A stretch of DNA of 35,941 nt, from contig JAOZOT010000004.1 in assembly GCA_029933115.1 (NCBI GenBank), positions 1-35,941 on the forward strand, read 5' to 3'. This stretch comes from Anaerolineae bacterium (GTDB lineage Bacteria; Chloroflexota; Anaerolineae; E26-bin7). Shown piece by piece: positions 15,392-22,831 of the stretch (its first letter is position 1; every line of letters starts with the position of its first letter). The translations under genes were made by a program, and so were the position numbers. The notes under the pieces were generated by a model, which was given only the letters and a program-made list of their open reading frames with translations, was not told the DNA's origin and did not search any database.

Positions 15392-17605
15392 GTGTTTCGC
15401 CCAATTGACCCAGCGAAATTGAGCCCCGAGGAACGCTACGAATACGAGCAACTATTGCAGCGAGCCAAGTCCTTCATCAAGGTCAAGGCCATCATCAACG
15501 GGGTGATCTGTCTTCTCTTCCTGGCCACTTTTCGGCCCTCCATCAAAATGGCCATGACTCTTATCGCCCTGGTTGACGGCCTCCTGTTGATTCCCTATTG
15601 GCTGCTGGTGCGACGCTATCCCGTCCTGTCTACTTTTATGAGCCTGGGCTGCACCGCCATAGCTATATCGGCCGGTGATTGGGTGGGTGGCTATCAAACC
15701 GGGGCCTCAGGCATCATGTACGCCCTGCTGATAACGGTAGCCAACTTGATCCTGATCCACTCCTGGAGCACTTATCTGGCGGCAGGGATCATCTCTGCCA
15801 TCTACATGGGCACCATCATTTTGGAAGTGAAGGGGATCGTGCCTATCGTCTTCCCCCATACCATGGCCAACCTGGCGCGGGTGGTGACGATAAATGTTAT
15901 TTGCTTCTATGGGCTGGCTGCCTTGTCCAACGTGGTGACGAAACTTTATCGCGAGATGCTCTACGCTCGCACCCACGCCGAGGAGATTGCCGAGCAACGT
16001 ACTGCGGAACTGCGGAAGAGCCACGCCGAATTGAAGCGCACCACGGCTCACCTGAGCGCCCTCCAGCGCCTCAGCGAAGCCCTGCGCCGGGCAAGGGGCT
16101 TGGAAGCGACGTTGCAAACAGTGGTCGAAGAGATGGACCGCCTGGGTTTCAGGAGCGTCATCATTAGTCTGCTGGATAAGGAAAGCCACAGCCTCGTCGT
16201 CAGAGCGGCCTCTGGGAAAGGCGAACTCTACGAACAGGTTCAGCAGGTGCTAAAAGTCCCCCTGATCGGTCTCACCGTCTCTCTGGAAGAGACGGCCAAC
16301 ATCACCGTCAGAGTGGCCCGCAGCGGGGAGATGGAAAGTACCGATGACGTCAGAGAAATGATCGTGGGCATAAAGCCGGCCGTGGATCCCGCTCTGGTGC
16401 AAGCGGCCATGCGCCTGATAAAGGCGGATTCTATGACCGTCTTTCCCCTCTGGGCGGAGGAAGAGGTGGTGGGAGTGGTGAGCATCTACCATCCGCAAGG
16501 CAAGCTCTCTGCGGAGGATATTCATCTCATGCAGGCCATTGCCGACCAGGCGGGCCTGGCCATCGAGAACGCTCGTCTCTTCGCCGAGACCGTCAGCGAG
16601 CGGGCCAAGCTGGCGGCCGTCATCGCCAGCACCGAAGACGCCATCATAGTGACCGACGAAACAGACCATATCCTCCTGCTCAATCCTGCAGCAAGGCGGG
16701 CCTTCAGGCTAGACGGGGAAGACTGGGGAGGTCAACCGCTGGCTGAGGTGGTGGAGAACCAGGCCCTGCACGATCTCTTCAACAGGCTGGCCGCAGAAGG
16801 CGTAGCCCAGAACGCTGAAATCCCTGTGGACGGGCGCACCTTCTACGCCAATCTGGCCCCCATCCCCGGGGTGGGCAAGGTGTTAGCCATGCAAGACATC
16901 ACCTACCTCAAAGAACTGGACCAGATGAAATCCGATTTCGTGGCTACCGTCTCCCACGACCTGCGTTCGCCCTTGAGCATAATTGACGGCTACACAGACT
17001 TGTTGCAAGAGGTGGGTAGCCTCAACGAACAGCAGCACCAATTTGTAGAAAGGATCAAAGTGGCAACGACGAACATGGTCCGGCTTGTCACCGACCTGCT
17101 GGACCTGGGCAAGATTGAGGCCGGCCTGGAGATGGAGATGACACCTTGTGACCTGGAAGACATCATTGACCCGGTCGTCACCAACTTGCAAGGGTGGGCC
17201 GAGCGCAAAGGAATCGAGTTGCGGGTCGAGTTGCCGGAAAACGTCCCTCCGATCCGGGGAGACTCCATCCGGCTTCGCCAAGTTCTGACCAACCTGGTGG
17301 ATAATGCCCTGAAGTACACTCACGAGGGGGGGACGGTGGCCGTTCAAATGTCGGTGGACAACGGCACTGTGACCGTGCGGGTCAGGGACACAGGTATTGG
17401 CATCGGCCCTGACGATCTTCCCCACGTTTTCGACAAATTTTATCGCGTGGAAGGGGAGGAAACACGCGATATTGCCGGTACAGGACTGGGATTGGCTATC
17501 GCCAAGTCTATCGTTGAAGCGCACGGCGGGCGCATCTGGGCGGAGAGCGAGCCAGGGGCAGGTAGCGTTTTCAGCTTTACTCTACCCGTTCTGGAAAAAG
17601 GCTGA
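15392..17605 (+). CDS. Membrane-anchored sensor histidine kinase: about 6 TM - coiled coil - GAF - PAS - HisKA - HATPase_c
   Basis: The N-terminal 190 aa or so form successive hydrophobic helices. The GAF ends in LAIENARLF. H-box SHDLRSPLSIIDGY, N-box NLVDNALKY, DTGIGI, GTGLGL. The GTG start is preceded by GAGGTGA. Confidence 0.9.
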   Translation: MFRPIDPAKLSPEERYEYEQLLQRAKSFIKVKAIINGVICLLFLATFRPSIKMAMTLIALVDGLLLIPYWLLVRRYPVLSTFMSLGCTAIAISAGDWVGGYQTGASGIMYALLITVANLILIHSWSTYLAAGIISAIYMGTIILEVKGIVPIVFPHTMANLARVVTINVICFYGLAALSNVVTKLYREMLYARTHAEEIAEQRTAELRKSHAELKRTTAHLSALQRLSEALRRARGLEATLQTVVEEMDRLGFRSVIISLLDKESHSLVVRAASGKGELYEQVQQVLKVPLIGLTVSLEETANITVRVARSGEMESTDDVREMIVGIKPAVDPALVQAAMRLIKADSMTVFPLWAEEEVVGVVSIYHPQGKLSAEDIHLMQAIADQAGLAIENARLFAETVSERAKLAAVIASTEDAIIVTDETDHILLLNPAARRAFRLDGEDWGGQPLAEVVENQALHDLFNRLAAEGVAQNAEIPVDGRTFYANLAPIPGVGKVLAMQDITYLKELDQMKSDFVATVSHDLRSPLSIIDGYTDLLQEVGSLNEQQHQFVERIKVATTNMVRLVTDLLDLGKIEAGLEMEMTPCDLEDIIDPVVTNLQGWAERKGIELRVELPENVPPIRGDSIRLRQVLTNLVDNALKYTHEGGTVAVQMSVDNGTVTVRVRDTGIGIGPDDLPHVFDKFYRVEGEETRDIAGTGLGLAIAKSIVEAHGGRIWAESEPGAGSVFSFTLPVLEKG

Positions 17606-17657
17606 TTTGGGAAATCCCTCCGTTCCCTCAGCCCTGTGAGTCTTTTGAGGAGATTTG

Positions 17658-18068
17658 ATGACAGAGACCATTCAACTCAGAGTGACCACAGAGGCTGACG
17701 TTTACGTGGCTGCTCATCAAGTCAAGGCCCTGGCCCGACAGATGGGTTTCAACGAAGCCGATCAGACACGTGTTGAAACCGTCACCTCCGAGTTGGCTCG
17801 CAACATCGTCCTTTACGCCGGCGAGGGGACCGTCAAAGCCCAGCCCGTGACCAGGGGCAGGCGGCGAGGGCTTGAGATTCAGGCCCTCGACCACGGACCT
17901 GGCATTGCAGACATAGAACTGGCTATGAAGGATGGCTATACCACCTCAGGAGGGTTGGGCTCGGGCCTCGGCGGGGCAAAACGCATGATGGACGAGTTTC
18001 ACATTGAATCGGCACCCGGCCAGGGCACCAAAGTCACGGCCACCAAGTGGCTGAACACACAACACTGA
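17658..18068 (+). CDS. RsbT-like serine kinase (GHKL/HATPase_c_2), divergent paralog 1
   Basis: About 136 aa. N-box ELARNIVLYAGEG, DHGPGI, G-rich lid SGGLGSGLGGAKRMMDEF. ATG at 17658 is preceded by GAGGAG. Confidence 0.8.
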   Translation: MTETIQLRVTTEADVYVAAHQVKALARQMGFNEADQTRVETVTSELARNIVLYAGEGTVKAQPVTRGRRRGLEIQALDHGPGIADIELAMKDGYTTSGGLGSGLGGAKRMMDEFHIESAPGQGTKVTATKWLNTQH

Positions 18069-18100
18069 ACACGAAAGCACGAAACACGGAGAAGAGTAAC

Positions 18101-18754
18101 ATGACTGAAAAGACCGACCTCGATCAATACAAAGAGTTCGTGAGAGAGCGCCTCAAATCCCTGCTCGATGTGGTGCAAAGCGTAGCCTCCGGTGATTTCT
18201 CCGTGAGAGTACAGATTCCCGAAGAGGAGGACGAGTTCACCGCTTTGTCCATCGAGTTGGAGAGAATGATAGATAAGCTGATTGAGGCCAACAAGGTGAG
18301 CGAGGAGAGGATGGCCAGACTGCAAGCGGCCGTGGAAGAAAAGGAGCGTCTGTTAAAAACAGTAGGGGAGCTCTCCTCACCGGTCATCCAGGTCTGGGAG
18401 AATGTGTTGGTTATGCCCCTCGTCGGAGCCATTGATTCGGCCCGGGCCGCGCGCATCATGGAAGACCTGCTGACCGGTATCACCAAATATCAGGCCGAAA
18501 TAGTTATCATTGACATCACCGGCGTGCCCGTGGTAGACACCGGCGTGGCTAACCACCTCATCCAAACTATCAAGGCCGCATCCCTTTTGGGAGCCAAATG
18601 TGTGGTGGTGGGCATCAGCGGTGAAGTAGCCCAGTCCTTGGTCAGCCTGGGTGTGGACCTTTCGGGGGTGGTTACCCGCAGCAACCTGCAAGCAGGCATC
18701 CGCTATGCCATGGAGACGATGGGGTTAGAGGTAGTGCCCAAGAGGGAGGAGTAG
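18101..18754 (+). CDS. RsbR-like STAS-domain protein with a short HAMP-like/coiled-coil N-terminus
   Basis: The C-terminal STAS closely follows the RsbR pattern: SSPVIQVWENVLVMPLVGAIDSARA ... IVIIDITGVPVVDTGVANHLIQ ... VVVGISGEVAQSLVSLGV. The N-terminal ASGDFSVRVQIPEEEDEFTALSIELERMIDKL resembles the HAMP connector plus AS2. I chose the ATG at 18101 (GGAGAAG upstream) over the overlapping GTG at 18047. Confidence 0.8.
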   Translation: MTEKTDLDQYKEFVRERLKSLLDVVQSVASGDFSVRVQIPEEEDEFTALSIELERMIDKLIEANKVSEERMARLQAAVEEKERLLKTVGELSSPVIQVWENVLVMPLVGAIDSARAARIMEDLLTGITKYQAEIVIIDITGVPVVDTGVANHLIQTIKAASLLGAKCVVVGISGEVAQSLVSLGVDLSGVVTRSNLQAGIRYAMETMGLEVVPKREE

Positions 18755-18761
18755 ACCAATC

Positions 18762-19151
18762 ATGGAAGTTACCCGTATTCCCATCCTGCAAATCGAAAAC
18801 TACCTGGTAGCTTCGATACAAACGGCTTTGCACGACAGGGCTGCTACCCAGTTCAGGGACGATCTACTGGAGCGCATCTACGAAACCAAAGCCCAAGGGC
18901 TGATCCTGGACCTGACGGCTGTGGATGTGGTGGATAGCTTCCTGGCCCGACTCACCGGCGATATTGCCGAGATGGCGGGCCTGATGGGTACGACCGTCGT
19001 CATCACCGGCCTGCAGCCAGAGGTGGCCATAACCCTGGTGGAGTTGGGAGTCGAACTGAAAGGGGTAACTACAGCCCTGAACCTGGAGAAGGGCATCGCC
19101 GCTTTGCGCAAAATGGTGGGGAAGGAAGGCGCTAATGGCACCACCGGCTAA
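18762..19151 (+). CDS. rsbS: RsbS-type single STAS-domain protein (stressosome scaffold / antagonist)
   Basis: It is collinear with B. subtilis RsbS as I recall it: IPILQIENYLVASIQ, FRDDLLERIYETKAQGLILDLTAVDVVDSF (conserved phospho-Ser context), VVITGLQPEVAITLVELGV. Confidence 0.85.
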   Translation: MEVTRIPILQIENYLVASIQTALHDRAATQFRDDLLERIYETKAQGLILDLTAVDVVDSFLARLTGDIAEMAGLMGTTVVITGLQPEVAITLVELGVELKGVTTALNLEKGIAALRKMVGKEGANGTTG

Positions 19152-19548
19152 AGAGCGGCGTATCCCTGTCAAAACCGAACTGGACATCGTCACAGCCCGG
19201 GTAGAGGGGCGAAACCTGGCCAGAGAACTGGGTTTTGGCACCATTGACCAGGCCCGTATCGCCACGGCCATTTCCGAACTGACACGCAACGTTGTCTTGT
19301 ACGCCCCAGAGGGCGAGGTGAGAGTCAGAGCCATCGTCTCAGACGACGGCAGGCGCGGAATAGAGGTGGTGTGCGAGGACAATGGCCCCGGGATAGCCGA
19401 TGTGGATCTGGTGATGCAGGACGGTTACAGCACGAGCTCCGGCCTGGGGATGGGCTTGCCCGGCACAAAGCGGTTGATGGATGAATTTAAAATCGAGACC
19501 GAATTGGGCGTAGGCACCAGGGTAACAGTGAGAAAGTGGCTAAGATGA
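19135..19548 (+). CDS. rsbT: RsbT-type serine kinase, canonical-position paralog 2
   Basis: ELGFGTIDQARIATAISELTRNVVLYA, DNGPGI, SSGLGMGLPGTKRLMDEF and VRKWLR are very close to Bacillus RsbT. It overlaps rsbS by 17 nt. Confidence 0.85.
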   Translation: MAPPAKERRIPVKTELDIVTARVEGRNLARELGFGTIDQARIATAISELTRNVVLYAPEGEVRVRAIVSDDGRRGIEVVCEDNGPGIADVDLVMQDGYSTSSGLGMGLPGTKRLMDEFKIETELGVGTRVTVRKWLR

Positions 19549-20123
19549 GGCGGATGGAGTTCGGCATAGTGCATCGCCCCAAACTTGGTCGTCATATCTC
19601 CGGCGATGCCTATCTGATCAAAGAAGGAGAAGAGGCTACCTTAATCTGCCTGGCCGACGGGTTGGGCAGCGGTGAGAAGGCAGCGGAAGCGGCTCAAACC
19701 GCCATCCGCTGCGTGGAGGTCAACAGCGCCCTGCCCTTGAGCGACATCATGACCCGTTGCCATCGGGCACTCAAGGGGACGCGGGGGGCAGTGATGGCTC
19801 TGATGCGCATCAGCTTTACCCAGAGTACGATGACCTTCGTAGGCGTGGGCAACATCGGCATCCATGTCCGTAGCACCGCGCCTATCAAGCCCATTTCGAG
19901 GAACGGCATCGTGGGGTATCGCCTGCCGCATCTGCGGGAATTCACCTTTCCCTACACCCCCGGCGACCTCTTCGTGCTTCACACCGATGGGATTTCAAAT
20001 CGCTTCATATTGGATAGCACTATATGGATGACAGGGACACAAGACGTGCAAATTCTGGCAGATGACATAGCCCGCAATTTCGGCAAGGAGGACGATGACG
20101 TCACCGTACTTGTAGCAAGGTAG
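19545..20123 (+). CDS. rsbX: RsbX-type small PP2C (SpoIIE-family) phosphatase
   Basis: ISGDAYL...LICLADGLGSGEKAAEAA, TRGAVMALMRISF...FVGVGNIG and LHTDGIS parallel B. subtilis RsbX. The ATG at 19545 forms an ATGA overlap with the rsbT stop codon. Confidence 0.8.
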   Translation: MRRMEFGIVHRPKLGRHISGDAYLIKEGEEATLICLADGLGSGEKAAEAAQTAIRCVEVNSALPLSDIMTRCHRALKGTRGAVMALMRISFTQSTMTFVGVGNIGIHVRSTAPIKPISRNGIVGYRLPHLREFTFPYTPGDLFVLHTDGISNRFILDSTIWMTGTQDVQILADDIARNFGKEDDDVTVLVAR

Positions 20124-20197
20124 GAGGCTAACCAAAGCCCGGGGAACCTTCGACTAAACTCGGAGCTTCCCACAGGGACTTGGTTGAAACAGGCGAG

Positions 20198-22831
20198 ATG
20201 GTAGATTTGAGAGATTGGTTGAGGGAAAATGAAGAAGCGGTCGTGGGACGCTGGCTGAGAGCGATACAAGACAAAGCTATATCCCATTACGAAGGGTTAA
20301 CCGTAGATCAGTTGAAGGAGGAGTTGATCCCTCTATACTGCTGTCTGGTCAGCACGACCACTCTGGACAGCGTAGACATTGACACAGACACCACGGCCGC
20401 CTTAAGCGACTGGATGTTGGATCAACGGCTTAGCCGTTCCTGCACCCTGTCGGAGTTGCTGGAAATAACCTTTCAACTCCGGTCAACCATAGGCCAGGTC
20501 CTGGCAGAGTCTGGCGACCCTGCCTGGAGCATGACCATCTGGCAAAAATTGATCCCTTTCTTCGACCACGCAGCCACCACTCTGGCCGAACTCTTCACTC
20601 AGGCTATTGAAGACAACCTGATGGAACGCCTGAGAGAAGCAGAGATTGTGGCCAAAAGGTTGACTCTGGCCACCGAAGAAATTCGGGCGCTCAACCTGGA
20701 ACTGGAAGACCGCATAGAAGAGCGGACCAGAGAGTTGGCTAAAGAAAGGGACCACATGGAGGCCCTGTACAACATTGTCCGCGAGGTGAGTACCAGCCTC
20801 GACTTGGATACAGTGTTGCACAAGACCCTGAGCGTGGTCAGCGCCGCCGTGGGGGCCGAGCACGGTTCTGTCATGCTGTTGGATCCGCTCTCAGATGCTC
20901 TCGTCTACCGAGCTGTGCTAGGCCATGAGCAACCGCTGCCCAGAGAAGGCATCCCTTCAGCCTTTCGGCGGGGAGTGGGGTTGGTTGGCTGGGTGCTGGA
21001 ACACGGTCAGGCCGTCATTGTGAACGACGTCACCAAAGACGAACGCTGGCTGACCATGCCCGGCCTGGAAACCGAAGCCCGGTCAGTCATCGCTGCCCCC
21101 CTCGTCATAGGCAGCGACGTGCAGGGCGTACTCGTCGTCTCCGACACCCACCCCGACCACTTCACCGACGCCCATCTGAGATTGGTTTCGGCCGCAGCCA
21201 GTCAGATAGCTGCTGCGGTGGACAACGCTCAGTTGTACAGTTATGTCACCGATCAGGCCCAGCAATTGGGGCAAATGCTGCGTACCCAGCAGGAGGAGGC
21301 CAGCAAGAGCCAGGCCATCCTGGAATCCATCGCCGATGGAGTGATTGTCAACGATGTCCACGGGCGGATCTTGCTGATGAATCCCGCTGCCGAGCGCATC
21401 GTCGGCGTCCAGGGCAGCTCAGTCCTTGGGCAAGACGTGCGCACCGTCTTTGACGCCTTCACGCCAGATGGTCGAGAAAAAGCCCTGGCCGCCATGGAGT
21501 CCCTCATGGCTGGACTTTTACCCACGAACGCTGAACCACAGGTCGTCGAAACCATCTTGGAATTGGGCATGGGGAATCGAGTGGTCAACGCTCACCTGGC
21601 CCCGGTCATAACCAGAGGAGAAGAACTGCTGGGGGTTGTGACCGTCTTTCGAGACATCACGAAAGAGGTCGAAGCAGACCGGGCGAAATCAGAGTTTGTC
21701 TCCAACGTCTCCCACGAGCTACGCACACCCATGACCTCCATCAAAGGATATACCGACCTCCTGTACGCGGGTGTGGTGGGAGAGGTCAACGAGGAACAGA
21801 AAAGATTCCTCTCCATCATCAAGTCCAACGCCGACCGCCTGACTGCCCTCATCAATGACCTCCTGGATATTTCGCGCACGGAAGCGGGACGCACCGAACT
21901 GGAGCTCAAGCCCCTCCAGATGGGAGAAATTGTGCTGGAAGTGGCGAATTCTTTCCGCGAGCAGATAGAAAGCAAAGGACTCGAACTGATAGTGGACATC
22001 CCTGACAATCTGACCAAGGTGCGCGGCGACCGTGACCGAATCACCCAAATCCTGACCAATTTGATCGCCAACGCCTATCATTACACGCCGGCGGGCAGTA
22101 TAAAAATCTCTCTATCGCAGATGGACGACACCCTCAGAGTGGATGTCTCTGACACGGGCATCGGTATCGCCCCCGATGATCAGAGCAAAATATTTGACCG
22201 TTTCTACCGGGCTGATAACCCCGTAGTCCAAGACACCACCGGCACCGGTCTTGGCCTCTCCATCGTCAAGATGTTTGTGGAAATGCACGGAGGGCGTGTC
22301 TGGGTGGAAAGCGAACCCGGCAAAGGAAGCACCTTCACCTTTGTTCTGCCGACAATAGAAGAACCGGTAGAGGCCACATTGACTTTGCCGGCGGCTCACG
22401 AGCGAGAGGAAACAGAGGCCATCCTCCCCAAGAAGGGCAGCGTTCTCGTCGCCGAAGACGACGCTGATACAGCCCGCCTGCTAAAGAAAGTGCTGAGTCA
22501 GGATGGATTCGAGGTAGCAGTAGCTATGGATGGCTACGAGGTGGTAGCAACAGCCTGTCGGCAGAAGCCAGAGCTGATTCTGCTGGACTTGAAACTGCCT
22601 GGTATGGACGGCTATGAGACCATCACCCGACTGCGAAACGAGGCCGAAACCCGAGAAATACCGGTTATCGCCATGTCATCTCACCTTGAGGAAATAGAGA
22701 GAGTTCAGACCTTGGGCATAGAGAATATCCTGGTCAAACCCTTCACTGTAGATGAGTTGATAACCAAATTGGACGGGGTTCTAGAAAGCACGCGGCAGAG
22801 AGTCCGAGAGCGTTATGGTGCATCTTCTTGA
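20198..22831 (+). CDS. Hybrid sensor histidine kinase: novel N-terminal helical domain - coiled coil - GAF - PAS - HisKA - HATPase_c - REC
   Basis: The GAF ends in AVDNAQLY. PAS starts at ILESIADGVIVND. H-box SHELRTPMTSIKGY, NLIANAYHY, DTGIGI, GTGLGL, receiver ILLDLKLPGMDG. The first 150 aa or so match none of these domains. The start is either ATG 20198 or the upstream TTG 20180. Confidence 0.9.
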   Translation: MVDLRDWLRENEEAVVGRWLRAIQDKAISHYEGLTVDQLKEELIPLYCCLVSTTTLDSVDIDTDTTAALSDWMLDQRLSRSCTLSELLEITFQLRSTIGQVLAESGDPAWSMTIWQKLIPFFDHAATTLAELFTQAIEDNLMERLREAEIVAKRLTLATEEIRALNLELEDRIEERTRELAKERDHMEALYNIVREVSTSLDLDTVLHKTLSVVSAAVGAEHGSVMLLDPLSDALVYRAVLGHEQPLPREGIPSAFRRGVGLVGWVLEHGQAVIVNDVTKDERWLTMPGLETEARSVIAAPLVIGSDVQGVLVVSDTHPDHFTDAHLRLVSAAASQIAAAVDNAQLYSYVTDQAQQLGQMLRTQQEEASKSQAILESIADGVIVNDVHGRILLMNPAAERIVGVQGSSVLGQDVRTVFDAFTPDGREKALAAMESLMAGLLPTNAEPQVVETILELGMGNRVVNAHLAPVITRGEELLGVVTVFRDITKEVEADRAKSEFVSNVSHELRTPMTSIKGYTDLLYAGVVGEVNEEQKRFLSIIKSNADRLTALINDLLDISRTEAGRTELELKPLQMGEIVLEVANSFREQIESKGLELIVDIPDNLTKVRGDRDRITQILTNLIANAYHYTPAGSIKISLSQMDDTLRVDVSDTGIGIAPDDQSKIFDRFYRADNPVVQDTTGTGLGLSIVKMFVEMHGGRVWVESEPGKGSTFTFVLPTIEEPVEATLTLPAAHEREETEAILPKKGSVLVAEDDADTARLLKKVLSQDGFEVAVAMDGYEVVATACRQKPELILLDLKLPGMDGYETITRLRNEAETREIPVIAMSSHLEEIERVQTLGIENILVKPFTVDELITKLDGVLESTRQRVRERYGASS

